Shown: piece after piece, positions 24,993-35,721 of the stretch
How the letters are laid out: each line of letters begins with the position of its first letter
Numbering within the stretch: the first letter of the stretch is position 1
Source of the DNA: a virus
Taxonomy: Duplodnaviria; Caudoviricetes
Length of the DNA stretch: 64,000 bases
Strand: one strand, 5' to 3'
Virus record (IMG/VR): IMGVR_UViG_3300044448_008243
Location: 1 to 64,000 of that record
Position numbers and translations under genes: made by a program
Notes under the pieces: model-generated
Seen by the model: the letters and a program-made list of their open reading frames with translations, nothing else
The model's database searches: none
Told to the model about the DNA's origin: nothing

Positions 24993-26300
24993 GTGAAAAA
25001 AACATTTGTCCTAGACACCTGCGTTTTCCTATCCGATCCTAACTGCTTGAAACAGTTTGAAGAAAACGACATTGTTGTTCCCCTTAAAGTTTTAGATGAA
25101 ATAGATAAAAACAAAGCTAGACAAGACGGAGCGGGGTTTAATGCTCGCTATGTCATCCGCATCCTAGACGTATACAGAACAAAGGGCAGCCTTTTCAAGG
25201 GCGTCTCCCTTGGCGAAGGCAAAGGAAAGCTTTTTGTACAACACTACGAAACGGAAGGGCTCCCCCATGATTTTGACTTAAGTGTACCAGACAATCAAAT
25301 CATAGCTACTGCTCTCACCGAAAAAGCAAAATACAAAAGAAAAAAAGTTATTGTTGTCTCGCAAGATATTAATATGCGTGTTAAATGTGACTCGCTTGGG
25401 CTATTATGCGAAGATTATGTAGCCCACGACACAGTTGAGAACAAGGACGAGGTATTTACGGGTTTATCCAAATATCTTGTTGACGAGCAAGTTGTTGATT
25501 CATTCTATGCAGGTGAAGATATTTTTGCCGACAAAGAAGAGATAAAACTCCAACCAAACCAATATGTGATGCTTGTGTCCAACTCAAATGACAAGAAAAC
25601 TGCTTTGGCTAGGTTTTATAGTTACAGCGACCCGCTTGTAAAAATGTATAAGATGGATAATGTATGGGGAATAGATGCTAGAAATAAAGAACAATCATTT
25701 GCTCTCGAACTCTTAATGGATCCAGATGTTGAAGTAGTATCTCTTATCGGTCAAGCCGGTTCTGGTAAAACTCTATTAGCCGTAGCAGCAGGATTAGAGC
25801 AGGTATTAGGCGACGACAATGAATATAAAAAACTTATTGTATCCAGACCTATTCAACCATTAGGAAAGGATATCGGCTTCCTGCCCGGAACACTTGAGGA
25901 AAAAATGGACCCTTGGTTGATGCCAATTAAGGATAATCTAGAGTTTTTGCTAGGAAATGACAGAGATACAGTTAAAATGTACTTCGAAAAGGGTGTAATT
26001 GAGATAGAAGCCATTACATACATCCGTGGGCGCTCTATCACAAATGCCTTCATTATTATTGACGAAGCACAGAACCTTACACGACACGAACTTAAGACTA
26101 TTCTTACTCGTGTTGGTGAGGGAACAAAAATAATTCTTACTGGCGATATCGAACAAATTGATAATATCTACATTGACGAGACCTCCAACGGCTTAACCTA
26201 TGCTGTTGAAAAATTTAAAGATTATGACATTTCAGGTCACATCACCCTCCAAAAAGGCGAACGGTCAAAGGTAGCTACCTTAGCAGCAAAGATTTTATAA
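24993..26300 (+). CDS. phoH: PIN domain-PhoH family ATPase
   Basis: FVLDTCVF..ELD/EID PIN N-terminus; GQAGSGKT, GFLPG, RGRS, IIDEAQN, GDIEQID. Confidence 0.92.
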   Translation: MKKTFVLDTCVFLSDPNCLKQFEENDIVVPLKVLDEIDKNKARQDGAGFNARYVIRILDVYRTKGSLFKGVSLGEGKGKLFVQHYETEGLPHDFDLSVPDNQIIATALTEKAKYKRKKVIVVSQDINMRVKCDSLGLLCEDYVAHDTVENKDEVFTGLSKYLVDEQVVDSFYAGEDIFADKEEIKLQPNQYVMLVSNSNDKKTALARFYSYSDPLVKMYKMDNVWGIDARNKEQSFALELLMDPDVEVVSLIGQAGSGKTLLAVAAGLEQVLGDDNEYKKLIVSRPIQPLGKDIGFLPGTLEEKMDPWLMPIKDNLEFLLGNDRDTVKMYFEKGVIEIEAITYIRGRSITNAFIIIDEAQNLTRHELKTILTRVGEGTKIILTGDIEQIDNIYIDETSNGLTYAVEKFKDYDISGHITLQKGERSKVATLAAKIL

Positions 26301-26309
26301 CTTTTTTTC

Positions 26310-26338
26310 TTGACAAAACTTAAACATCACAATATAAT
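26310..26338 (+). promoter_or_regulatory. Consensus sigma70 promoter
   Basis: TTGACA (26310-26315), 17 nt, TATAAT (26333-26338). Confidence 0.85.
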
Positions 26339-26349
26339 ATTATATATTA

Positions 26350-26426
26350 GGACCTCTAGCTCAGTTGGTTAGAGCACACCGCTCATAACGGTTAGGTCCT
26401 CGGTTCGAGTCCGAGGGGGTCCACCA
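26350..26426 (+). tRNA. tRNA with CAT anticodon, most likely Ile2 (lysidine type)
   Basis: GGACCTC/GGGGTCC + A + CCA; loop CTCATAA; C4-G69 and C5-G68 (E. coli TilS determinants); lacks the initiator mismatch. Confidence 0.85.
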
Positions 26427-26440
26427 AATACGGAGAAAAA

Positions 26441-26737
26441 ATGGATATTGAGTTTAAAGATAATGTAGAGGATGTCAATGAAGTCCTTGGCGAGGTTGTA
26501 AGCCCGGAGAACGAACTAAAGTCAATGCTAGTAAATTATGTTGGCGAAAAACAATCCCCAGAGGGGGATAGTGTAACAGTTGAAATGATTGTAGATCAGC
26601 TAGCTAATGAATTCCCTGAGTTTGTCTTAGCAGTTGCAGAAGAAAACTTTGTGCGTGGTTATCAACAAGCTTTGACTGATGTAGAGGTCGGACGAAAAGC
26701 GTGGGAAGAAGAACAGAAAGAAAATGAGCAAGAGTGA
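26441..26737 (+). CDS. Hypothetical acidic protein
   Basis: GGAG RBS; ORF track. Confidence 0.7.
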   Translation: MDIEFKDNVEDVNEVLGEVVSPENELKSMLVNYVGEKQSPEGDSVTVEMIVDQLANEFPEFVLAVAEENFVRGYQQALTDVEVGRKAWEEEQKENEQE

Positions 26738-27419
26738 TTACATAAGGGAAAGTTTAAAAAAAGCTAAATCTATGAATCACTATAGTTTGTTTGGTTCTGA
26801 AATACCCATTTATATAAAAGATAAACTAATCTTCACAGATGATAAAAGCACACTTGAAGATGTAATAAAAATAGTAGAAAATTCACTTCCTTCCTTCCTT
26901 GTCTCTAATGTAGATGTAATCTACGTTGGGGACTTTTCTTTGTTTCAAGAACGGGATACAAATGCTGCATACGAAAACGGGGCAATTTATGTCATTAGTA
27001 CACAAGATAATGCAGAAGATATGGCTGATGATATTGTTCATGAAATAGCGCATGCTGTAGAGGAAAAGTATTACGATAAAATTTATGGTGATGTAAGGGT
27101 AGAGAATGAATTTCTAGGAAAAAGAGCCAAGTTATATCAAATATTAAAAGCATATGAAGAGCCCCTTTTAGATTATGTGTATTTTCAGTACCCACTATAC
27201 AATCATAAATTCGATGAATATTTATACACTCAAGTAGGTTATCCAGCATTGTCAGCATATGTAAATGGATTGTTTTATTCACCATACGCTGTTACTTCCG
27301 TCAGAGAATACTTCGCAAGAGGTTTTGAAGCATATTTCTTGTATAAAGATTTAAAAACACTTGCAAACATTAGCCCCATACTGTATAATAGGATAGAAAC
27401 TTTAGCAGATATGGAGTAA
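26724..27419 (+). CDS. HExxH metallopeptidase-like protein
   Basis: IVHEIAHAVE...REYFARGFEAY. Confidence 0.65.
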   Translation: MSKSDYIRESLKKAKSMNHYSLFGSEIPIYIKDKLIFTDDKSTLEDVIKIVENSLPSFLVSNVDVIYVGDFSLFQERDTNAAYENGAIYVISTQDNAEDMADDIVHEIAHAVEEKYYDKIYGDVRVENEFLGKRAKLYQILKAYEEPLLDYVYFQYPLYNHKFDEYLYTQVGYPALSAYVNGLFYSPYAVTSVREYFARGFEAYFLYKDLKTLANISPILYNRIETLADME

Positions 27420-27421
27420 AA

Positions 27422-28195
27422 ATGGGTCACATTAGCTTTTCTGAGGCAAAAAACTGGAACTTTTGCCCTTTTTACCATAAATTAATGAACATTGACAAGG
27501 TAAAAGGCTTTGAAGGTAACGCTTTCACTGCTTTTGGTAATGCTATACACGACACCTGCGAAAAAATGATGACCGAAGGTTTAGACGATAAAAAGTCGTT
27601 TTTTGACCTAAAATTTAAGGAAATCCTTGAAAATCTGCCTGAAAACGCTAATAAAGACCCAAAATTAGTCAATTCTATGCAAAATCAAGGTCCTTTAATA
27701 CTGGATGAAGTACTTCCCGCCATGGAAGAGCACTTTGGAGAGTATAAAGTCCTCGCTGCCGAGGAAGACTTGATGGAAATGATTGAAGACTTCCCCTGTA
27801 AAGAGAAAAATAAGTTTAAAGGCTTTATTGACTTGGTTATTAAGACTTCTGACGGTAAAACACACATAATTGATTGGAAAACTTGCTCTTGGGGCTGGGA
27901 TGCAAGGCGCAAAAGCGACCCAATGATGACATACCAGCTTACTTTTTACAAACATTATTGGGCGAAGAAACATAACGCTGACCCAAAGACAATAGAGACT
28001 CATTTCGCGCTACTTAAGAGAACTGCAAAAAAAGATAGAGTAGAAATATTTCGTGTAACGAGCGGAAAAATAAAAACTCAAAATGCACTTAAATTTCTTG
28101 AAAAAGCGATTTACAATATTGAGAAGAAAAACTTCATTAAGAACAGACTTGCTTGTCGCAAGTGTGAATTTCACAGAACGGAATATTGCCCATGA
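27422..28195 (+). CDS. PD-(D/E)xK RecB/Cas4-like nuclease
   Basis: N-terminal CP, GFIDL, IIDWKT, YQLTFY, C-terminal CRKC..YCP (possible 4Fe-4S). Confidence 0.85.
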   Translation: MGHISFSEAKNWNFCPFYHKLMNIDKVKGFEGNAFTAFGNAIHDTCEKMMTEGLDDKKSFFDLKFKEILENLPENANKDPKLVNSMQNQGPLILDEVLPAMEEHFGEYKVLAAEEDLMEMIEDFPCKEKNKFKGFIDLVIKTSDGKTHIIDWKTCSWGWDARRKSDPMMTYQLTFYKHYWAKKHNADPKTIETHFALLKRTAKKDRVEIFRVTSGKIKTQNALKFLEKAIYNIEKKNFIKNRLACRKCEFHRTEYCP

Positions 28196-29448
28196 CAGAT
28201 AAGAAAATTACGGTTTTAACCATTAGTGATCACCCACTATCGCCATCCGGTGTAGCAACTCAGACAAAATACATGATAGAAGCTTTACTTTCTACAGGTA
28301 GATACAGGGTTATTTCTTTGGGTGGAGCAGTCAAGCATAACAAATATGAGCCACACTACGTTGATCCCCATGGAGAAGATTGGATTATATTTCCAGTCGA
28401 TGGATATGGGGAGCCGGATATTATAAGATCCGTAACTAGAAAATATAAACCAGATATTTTATGGTTTATGACAGACCCAAGATTTTACGAGTGGCTTTGG
28501 ATGATGGATAATGAAGTCAGAAACAATATTCCAATGGTTTATTATCATGTTTGGGACAATTACCCAGCTCCAGTTTTTAATAAGCAATATTATGAATCAA
28601 ACGATTTGGTGGCTTCAATATCAAAAGTCACGCACGACATCGTTTCTCAGGTTACTGATAGTGTAGAAAATATTTACTTACCTCATGCTGTTGACCACAA
28701 TATATTTAAGCCGCTTGATAAAGAAGAAGTGCAGAAAATTAGGAAAGAACAAGGGTTAGAAAACAAAACTGTCTTTGTTTGGAACAATAGAAATGCAAGA
28801 AGAAAACAAAGTGGATCTTTGATATATTGGTTTAAAAAATTCTGTGACAAAGTTGGACATGACAAAGCAGTGTTAATTATGCATACAGACCCGGCAGATC
28901 CATATGGTCAGCCCTTGGAACACTTAATACAACACTTTGGTGTGAATAATGGTCAAGTAAGATTATCAAAAAACAAAATTCCTCCACAACAATTAGCAAT
29001 GATGTATAATGTCGCCGATTGCACAATAAACATATCAGACGCAGAGGGATTCGGGCTGGCTACGCTAGAGTCCTTATCGTGTGGCACTCCTATTATAGCA
29101 ACAATGACTGGAGGTCTCCAAGAACAAGTTACAGATGGAGAAAATTGGTTTGGAATTGGCATTGAACCGTCTTCGAAAGCAGTAATTGGTTCTCATCAGG
29201 TGCCATACATATATGAGGACAGAATATCTGAAGATCAATTTGTAGATTCGCTAACAAAAATACACGAAATGAGCGATAAAGAAAGGTCTGATTTAGGAAA
29301 ATCTGGTAGAGAGCATGTGAAGAAAAATTACTCTTTTGAGAAATTTCAAAATCAATGGGTAGAAGTGATGGATGAGGTAAATGAAAAACATGGCTCTTGG
29401 GAAAATAGAAAAATTTATAAACCATGGAAATTAACACGGATTAATTAA
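28192..29448 (+). CDS. Glycosyltransferase (GT-B, GT4-like)
   Basis: NRNARRK; EGFGLATLESLSCGTPII. Confidence 0.85.
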   Translation: MTDKKITVLTISDHPLSPSGVATQTKYMIEALLSTGRYRVISLGGAVKHNKYEPHYVDPHGEDWIIFPVDGYGEPDIIRSVTRKYKPDILWFMTDPRFYEWLWMMDNEVRNNIPMVYYHVWDNYPAPVFNKQYYESNDLVASISKVTHDIVSQVTDSVENIYLPHAVDHNIFKPLDKEEVQKIRKEQGLENKTVFVWNNRNARRKQSGSLIYWFKKFCDKVGHDKAVLIMHTDPADPYGQPLEHLIQHFGVNNGQVRLSKNKIPPQQLAMMYNVADCTINISDAEGFGLATLESLSCGTPIIATMTGGLQEQVTDGENWFGIGIEPSSKAVIGSHQVPYIYEDRISEDQFVDSLTKIHEMSDKERSDLGKSGREHVKKNYSFEKFQNQWVEVMDEVNEKHGSWENRKIYKPWKLTRIN

Positions 29449-29459
29449 AAGGGAATAGC

Positions 29460-30731
29460 ATGAGAAAGAAAATTTTAGTAAGAGCACCTGTTCTGAGTAG
29501 GTCTGGGTATGGCGAACAGTCAAGGTTTGCTTTAAGATCACTTAGGAAACATGAGGATAGATTTGAAATATATTTAATTAATACCTCATGGGGAGGCACT
29601 GGCTGGGTTACCGAAGATGATGAAGAGAGACAGTACATTGATTTTATAATTGAAAAAACTTATCACTTTCTTAATAACGGAGGCAAATTTGACCTATCAC
29701 TTCAGGTTACAATTCCAAATGAGTGGGAAAAATTAGCTCCATATAATGTTGGATATACTGCTGGTATAGAGACAACAAAGATAGCACCGGAGTGGATAGA
29801 GAAGTGCAACATGATGAATAAAATAATCGTCACTTCCAATCATTCCAAACAAACAATGATAAATACTCAGTATGATCTTTATAGAAAAACCGGTCCAGAC
29901 TCAAGTGAAAAAGCTGGTACTGCAAGTGTAACAGCCCCTGTAGAGGCAGTAGGATATCCAGTAAAACTAACAAAGAAAGAAAATGTGGATTTGCAATTAG
30001 AAACAGATTTCAATTTTTTGGTCGTGTCTCAATGGGGTCCCAGAAAAAATACAGTTGATACAATAAATATGTTTGTTAATAAGTTTAAAGATAACCCCAA
30101 TGTCGGCTTGGTGCTAAAAGGTTTTCTTAAAAATAACTCGACTATCGATTCTATACAAGCTGAAGAATCTTTAAAAAGAGGTATACCAAAAGACGCTAAG
30201 TGTAAAGTATATCTCCTTCATGGAGATATGACAGACGAAGAGATGATAGGCTTATATTCTCATCCAAAAATTAAATGTCTCATTTCTCTGTCCCATGGTG
30301 AGGGCTGGGGTTTGCCCCTTTTTGAAGCTTCTTATACTGGGCTTCCAATTATCACAACTAATTGGAGTGGTCAGTGTGATTTCTTGAACGTACCAACGAA
30401 ACAAAGAAAAAAAGGCTCAAAAACAAAAACTAAAACAGTAAATAAGGCAATGTTTGGAGAAGTAAACTACACTCTTGGTCAAATACAAAAGGAAGCGGTA
30501 TGGGACGGAGTTTTACAAGAAGACTCAATGTGGTGTTATCCGGATCAAAAAAGCTTTTTAAATGTTCTTGGAGACGTACATGAAAATTATAAAAAATATG
30601 AGGACATGGCTAAAAAATTAAAAACTTGGGTAAGAAAAGAGTTTGAAGCAGAAAAGCAATATGATGCTTTTGCAAATGCTGTTGATATCGGTCCTTCGCT
30701 AGGAAACCTTGATGTGGTAGAATTTAGTTAA
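29460..30731 (+). CDS. Glycosyltransferase (GT-B, GT4-like)
   Basis: SRSGYGE; GEGWGLPLFEASYTGLPII. Confidence 0.85.
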   Translation: MRKKILVRAPVLSRSGYGEQSRFALRSLRKHEDRFEIYLINTSWGGTGWVTEDDEERQYIDFIIEKTYHFLNNGGKFDLSLQVTIPNEWEKLAPYNVGYTAGIETTKIAPEWIEKCNMMNKIIVTSNHSKQTMINTQYDLYRKTGPDSSEKAGTASVTAPVEAVGYPVKLTKKENVDLQLETDFNFLVVSQWGPRKNTVDTINMFVNKFKDNPNVGLVLKGFLKNNSTIDSIQAEESLKRGIPKDAKCKVYLLHGDMTDEEMIGLYSHPKIKCLISLSHGEGWGLPLFEASYTGLPIITTNWSGQCDFLNVPTKQRKKGSKTKTKTVNKAMFGEVNYTLGQIQKEAVWDGVLQEDSMWCYPDQKSFLNVLGDVHENYKKYEDMAKKLKTWVRKEFEAEKQYDAFANAVDIGPSLGNLDVVEFS

Positions 30732-32338
30732 TGAAGCAGATCATCCACATAGCAGATTTTTATGCTTCGGAGATTAGGGGAGGCGGCGAACTCGTAGATG
30801 AGATTGTCGTCTCTTCGCTCGTTAATAGGGGATACCCTGTAGCCAGAATAAAGTCTAAGAATGTAACAGAAAGGTTCATAAAAGAAAACGCAGATAAACT
30901 TTTTATTGTTTCCAACTTTGTCATGCTGCCCGGTATGTGTATTAACTTACTCAAGTCTTGCGACTATGTGATATACGAACACGACCACAAATATATTGTT
31001 GGGAGAGACCCTTCCCCCTACAAAGACTATAAAGTACCAGCTAACAGATTACTCAATCTAGATTTTTACAGAAGTGCTAAAGCGGTCTTCGCCCAGTCTA
31101 AGTTACACGCTGAAGTAATTAGCAAAAACATCAGAGAAGCAAATGTTATAAATCTAGGGTGCTCTTTGTGGTCAGACGAAGAGTTTGAAACCCTTCAGCA
31201 GTATGTGGATAGTAAAAAGAATGGCAAGATGGCTGTCCTAAACAGCACCAATCAGGTCAAGGGAACAGCGCAAGCTAAAAGTTTTTGTGAGCAAAATAAG
31301 ATTGATTACAACTTTATTGTTTCACTAGATTATAACAACTTCATTAAGCAACTTGCGGAGCACGATGGTTTAGTTTTCTTTTCTCAGGTCCTCGAAACTT
31401 TCTGCCGTTTGGCTGTTGAAGCTCGTATTGTAAATTGCAAACTTAAAACCAATAATAACCTCGGCTGCGCTAGTGAGGAATGGTTCTCCAAATACAAAGG
31501 GCAAGAGCTTTTAGATTTTGTAAAGTCGCAAAAAACAAAGGTTATTGACAAGGTTGCGGAGGTTTTGGAAAGTGACAAAAGAACTGAAGCTACTAAAGCC
31601 CCTATTACAGTTATTTTAAATGCTTATCGTCGCCCATATAATCTTAGAATGCAGATTGATGCGATCAGGAAGCAGACAACTAGACCAACACAGATTTGGC
31701 TGTGGGTAAATCAACACGAGGACAATGATGGATTCAATTTTAAAGAACTTAACCTTGATAGAATATTCCACAATGATTACAACTGGAAGTTCTATGGAAG
31801 GTTTGCCGCTGCTTTGTTGGCTGACACTGAGTATGTAGCCATATTTGATGACGATACTATTCCGGGCGAGAGGTGGTTTGAAAACTGCTTAGAGACAATG
31901 AAGACCAGCGAAGGCATTCTTGGATCGGCTGGTGTTACACTTAACGACAAGTTTTATGTCCAGCACGACCGCTGCGGGTGGCCTACGCAAAACAGTGAAA
32001 CAACAAGAGTAGACCTAGTAGGACACGCTTGGTTCTTTAAGAGGGAGTGGCTGTCTCACCTGTGGAGAGAGAAGCCAACGACTTGGGATAACGGTGAAGA
32101 CATTCAGTTTTCATACCTTGCCCAGAAATACGGCAACATCCAAACATACTGCCCTCCACACCCACCAGAGGATAAAAGTCTCCACGGATCTATCTTGGGC
32201 AACGAGTTGGGCATTGATATAAAAGCAACCTCAACTAACCAAGCAGTATCACATCAGCGTTTTTTCAACGAAAGAGATGTCTGCGTCCAGACAGCGATCA
32301 AGGGCGGCTGGGAAACTGTACGAGGCATAAAAGTATGA
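30731..32338 (+). CDS. Fused GT-B plus GT-A glycosyltransferase
   Basis: ETFCRLAVEA; ITVILNAYRR...IFDDD. Confidence 0.75.
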   Translation: MKQIIHIADFYASEIRGGGELVDEIVVSSLVNRGYPVARIKSKNVTERFIKENADKLFIVSNFVMLPGMCINLLKSCDYVIYEHDHKYIVGRDPSPYKDYKVPANRLLNLDFYRSAKAVFAQSKLHAEVISKNIREANVINLGCSLWSDEEFETLQQYVDSKKNGKMAVLNSTNQVKGTAQAKSFCEQNKIDYNFIVSLDYNNFIKQLAEHDGLVFFSQVLETFCRLAVEARIVNCKLKTNNNLGCASEEWFSKYKGQELLDFVKSQKTKVIDKVAEVLESDKRTEATKAPITVILNAYRRPYNLRMQIDAIRKQTTRPTQIWLWVNQHEDNDGFNFKELNLDRIFHNDYNWKFYGRFAAALLADTEYVAIFDDDTIPGERWFENCLETMKTSEGILGSAGVTLNDKFYVQHDRCGWPTQNSETTRVDLVGHAWFFKREWLSHLWREKPTTWDNGEDIQFSYLAQKYGNIQTYCPPHPPEDKSLHGSILGNELGIDIKATSTNQAVSHQRFFNERDVCVQTAIKGGWETVRGIKV

Positions 32339-33330
32339 TTTTATTAAGTTTTGGAACAAGACCAGAGTGGATTAAGATTAAGCCATTGCTAGACCAAATG
32401 GATGGCAACATACCATACCGCTTGCTTTTCACAGGTCAACACACAGACCTACTCTCAAAAGTAGGCGAGGGTAAAGATTTAATAAAGTTAGAAATCAAAG
32501 ACGGTCCAAATCGACTTGACTCCATCGTGAGTTCCGTTATGAACTTAGAGGAGATTTTCGAAGGCGTAACCTCTGTTTTGGTACAGGGAGATACGACCTC
32601 TGCTTTCTCTATTGCGTTAGCTGCTTTCCACAGAAGAATTAAAGTAATCCACTTGGAAGCAGGTCTAAGAACATATGATAAAAATCAACCATATCCAGAG
32701 GAATTTAATCGACAAGCCATCTCTAGGATTGCCGACGTTCATCTTTGTCCAACCACAATGTCGAAAGACTTTTTAAAAAATGAAACAACTCAAGGCAGAG
32801 TAGAAGTTGTAGGCAACACCGTGTTGGATAATCTGCGAGGGATACAAACAGAATACACAAATAAAGTTGTTGTAACGATGCATCGTAGAGAAAACCACCA
32901 CAACATGGAAGATTGGTTTAAAGCTATTGACAAGATTGCTGAAGTAAATAAAGACTTGGAGTTTATTATTCCTCTGCATCCAAATCCCAATGTTCAAAAG
33001 CATAAGCATTTGCTAAAAAACCTTAAAATTGTTGAGCCAGTAGAGTATAATGAGTTCATAAAGTTGCTGGCTAAAACAAGGCTCGTTATCACTGATTCTG
33101 GCGGCTTACAAGAGGAAACTTCTTTTCTAAAAAAGAAATGTATTGTATGTCGAAAGAAAACAGAAAGACTTGAAGGTGTCGGCACTTTTGCTTTAATGTG
33201 TCTTGAACCAGAGGATTTGGAAGGTCTTTTCAATCAAGTCAACGCAGATCATATACCTGTTGGAGACTGCCCCTATGGAGATGGATACGCTGCTGAAAAA
33301 GTGTACGAGGTCTTAAAGGATGAAGTTTAA
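32335..33330 (+). CDS. wecB: UDP-N-acetylglucosamine 2-epimerase (non-hydrolysing)
   Basis: GTRPE, TGQH, VQGDT, HLEAGLRT, YPEE, HRREN, TDSGGLQEE. Confidence 0.93.
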   Translation: MILLSFGTRPEWIKIKPLLDQMDGNIPYRLLFTGQHTDLLSKVGEGKDLIKLEIKDGPNRLDSIVSSVMNLEEIFEGVTSVLVQGDTTSAFSIALAAFHRRIKVIHLEAGLRTYDKNQPYPEEFNRQAISRIADVHLCPTTMSKDFLKNETTQGRVEVVGNTVLDNLRGIQTEYTNKVVVTMHRRENHHNMEDWFKAIDKIAEVNKDLEFIIPLHPNPNVQKHKHLLKNLKIVEPVEYNEFIKLLAKTRLVITDSGGLQEETSFLKKKCIVCRKKTERLEGVGTFALMCLEPEDLEGLFNQVNADHIPVGDCPYGDGYAAEKVYEVLKDEV

Positions 33331-34111
33331 AAAAGATTTTAAAACCTTCCTAGAAAAAATAAAAACAGGTGAGCCATTTGCTTTCACTAGGTTTTCCGAT
33401 GGTGAGCTTTATATTCTACAAAACAGAAAGATTTTTATAAAAGAAAAAACTTGTTTTCTTCGAGAACAAGAACACCCCGGTAGTTGGGGCGAGGAAGAGC
33501 ACAAGTCGTTTATTCCAGAGGAAAACCAAGACCTGCGGAAGCATTTATTCAAATGCTATACTCACAAGCAACACAATTATTACAAAGGAATATGCACAAA
33601 ACAAGATGTTGGAAACGATGATTGGTCATGGCAGTATGATAATGGGTTATTAAAAGACGAACAAAACTTAACTTTTGCAAATCTTTTGATTAACGGAAAT
33701 TACATTAACTTTATGACACAAATGTTACCGGCAATGAAGCAAAAGAATTATGAAGTTGTGTATGTGTGCAATAAAAAAGCAGACCTTTCAGGTTTTCCAT
33801 TAAATTTAAAAAAAGATTTCAGAATTGGCAGCAACTGTCACGTTAATGATACTCATTTAATAAAAGAAATGCTAGACTGGGTAGAAAAAAACAATATTAA
33901 AAATCATTTATTTCTGTTTTCAGCAGCTAGCTTGACTAATCTTTTAATATATGAGTTGTATAAAAAATTTCCCAATAACACATACATGGATATAGGTAGC
34001 ACTTTAAATCCAATGCTGGGGCTTGACGGCTGGAAAGGGAGTCGTGGTTATCTTCGTGGATATTGGCTTAAAGAACCCAATCCTTATTATTACCAAGATT
34101 GCGAATGGTAA
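33320..34111 (+). CDS. GT-D fold/DUF1792-like glycosyltransferase
   Basis: FAFTRFSDGE; MDIGS. Confidence 0.6.
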   Translation: MKFKKDFKTFLEKIKTGEPFAFTRFSDGELYILQNRKIFIKEKTCFLREQEHPGSWGEEEHKSFIPEENQDLRKHLFKCYTHKQHNYYKGICTKQDVGNDDWSWQYDNGLLKDEQNLTFANLLINGNYINFMTQMLPAMKQKNYEVVYVCNKKADLSGFPLNLKKDFRIGSNCHVNDTHLIKEMLDWVEKNNIKNHLFLFSAASLTNLLIYELYKKFPNNTYMDIGSTLNPMLGLDGWKGSRGYLRGYWLKEPNPYYYQDCEW

Positions 34112-34117
34112 AAGAGC

Positions 34118-34753
34118 ATGAAGAATTTTGTCTATATTATTACTGGAACCACAAAGGGTCTAGGTAAGGAAATAGAAAATGCTTTATTATTACAAAATAA
34201 ACAAGTTATTTCTATAAACAGGAGAGACATTGATTTGTCAAAACCAAAAATTTTGGCATCCTACTTACAATCTCTAAGACAAAAAATTAACAATGAATAT
34301 AAGCAGAGTGTAATTGTTTTTGTGAATAACGCTGCTATGCTGGGTCCTGTCGCGCCCATGTCTGATGTCAAGCCTTTAGAAATTATAAACACTATAGATA
34401 CAAATTTAACATCCCCTATTCTAATATGTAATTTTTTATTTTCTTTGACATGTGATTGGAAATATTTTAATATTACTTCTGGTGCTGCAAAATCAAAAAA
34501 TAAATATTTAGGACTTTACAGTATTACAAAATTAGGACTAGAAGAATATTTGGAATTCATGAGACTTGAGAGAGAAAATACGAATTGTAAAGGAATATAC
34601 AATTTTGATCCAAAAATCATAGCAACAAATATGAACAATCAGCTTAGAGAAAATTGTTTTTTTAATAATCAGAGATTTAAAAAAACACAACCAAAAGATG
34701 TAAAGGCAGTGGCTAAAGAATTCTGTGACTTTGTTGAGAGTAAGTTGGTATGA
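34118..34753 (+). CDS. Short-chain dehydrogenase/reductase
   Basis: ITGTTKGLG, VNNAAMLGP, ITSGAA, YSITK. Confidence 0.85.
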   Translation: MKNFVYIITGTTKGLGKEIENALLLQNKQVISINRRDIDLSKPKILASYLQSLRQKINNEYKQSVIVFVNNAAMLGPVAPMSDVKPLEIINTIDTNLTSPILICNFLFSLTCDWKYFNITSGAAKSKNKYLGLYSITKLGLEEYLEFMRLERENTNCKGIYNFDPKIIATNMNNQLRENCFFNNQRFKKTQPKDVKAVAKEFCDFVESKLV

Positions 34754-35721
34754 TAAATATTTTAGTTAGTGGTGTTGGGGGAGATGTTGCACAAGGCGTT
34801 ATAAAATGTCTTGATAAATCGAGTATTTGCACAAGAATATATAAAATAGGTCATAGCGTGGAAGACTCTTGGCTATACAGAGATAACTTATCTTTTATAA
34901 GTCCTTCAGTTGGCTCAGAAGAGTATGTGCCATTTTTAGTATCTTTTATAAAACAACATGATATAGATGTTTATATCCCATGTATTGATTCGGAAATATT
35001 AAAGATATCAGAGAACAAAAGCTTTATTAGCGAAAAGACTGGGTGCAAAATTGTTGTTGGAGATTATCAAAAAATATTGATCTGCGAGGACAAGTTCAAA
35101 ACCTATGAATTTTTAAAAGATAATTCATTTTGTTATCCAGAAACTTTCTTACCATTGGAGTGCGAGTACAACAGATTTCCATACATTTTAAAATCCAGAA
35201 CCGGCTGTGGATCAAAAGAGGTATTACAACTAGAAAACAAAGAACAAGTTGAAAATGTAAATTTTTCCTCTGATAAAATTATACAGGAAAAGTTAGCAGG
35301 CGATGAGTACACAGCAGGTGTTTATTTGGGTAAAGATAAGAAGGTAAAGGGAATCTGTATATTTAAGAGAAAATTAAAGTGCGGATCTACAAACTTCGCC
35401 GAGAGAATTATTGACAAAAACATGGAGTCTTATTTGAGTTTGATCGCAACAAAGTTAGGACTAGATTATGTTAATATTCAGTTTAGATTAAAAAATGGCT
35501 TACCATGCCCATTTGAGTTTAACGGGAGATTTTCCGGTACCACTGGCATGATAAGTAGAATATTTAACGCGCCAGAAATGTGGCTTAAAGAAAACTTACT
35601 GGGTGTGAGCTTGCCTGTATCTGATAATAAAGAAAAGTTTTGCGTTATGAGATATGCAGAGGAAATATATGCAACGCAAGACGAAATAGAGTCTTTGATG
35701 AATAGGGGCGTAAATGATTGA
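34750..35721 (+). CDS. ATP-grasp enzyme
   Basis: CEDKFKT, LKSRTGCGS, IIQEKL, FEFNGRFSG. Confidence 0.85.
   Translation: MINILVSGVGGDVAQGVIKCLDKSSICTRIYKIGHSVEDSWLYRDNLSFISPSVGSEEYVPFLVSFIKQHDIDVYIPCIDSEILKISENKSFISEKTGCKIVVGDYQKILICEDKFKTYEFLKDNSFCYPETFLPLECEYNRFPYILKSRTGCGSKEVLQLENKEQVENVNFSSDKIIQEKLAGDEYTAGVYLGKDKKVKGICIFKRKLKCGSTNFAERIIDKNMESYLSLIATKLGLDYVNIQFRLKNGLPCPFEFNGRFSGTTGMISRIFNAPEMWLKENLLGVSLPVSDNKEKFCVMRYAEEIYATQDEIESLMNRGVND

Noticed and set aside
27422-28195. CRISPR-Cas (Cas4-like gene)
   Set aside because: No repeat-spacer array or other cas genes seen; stand-alone RecB/Cas4-like nucleases are common in phages
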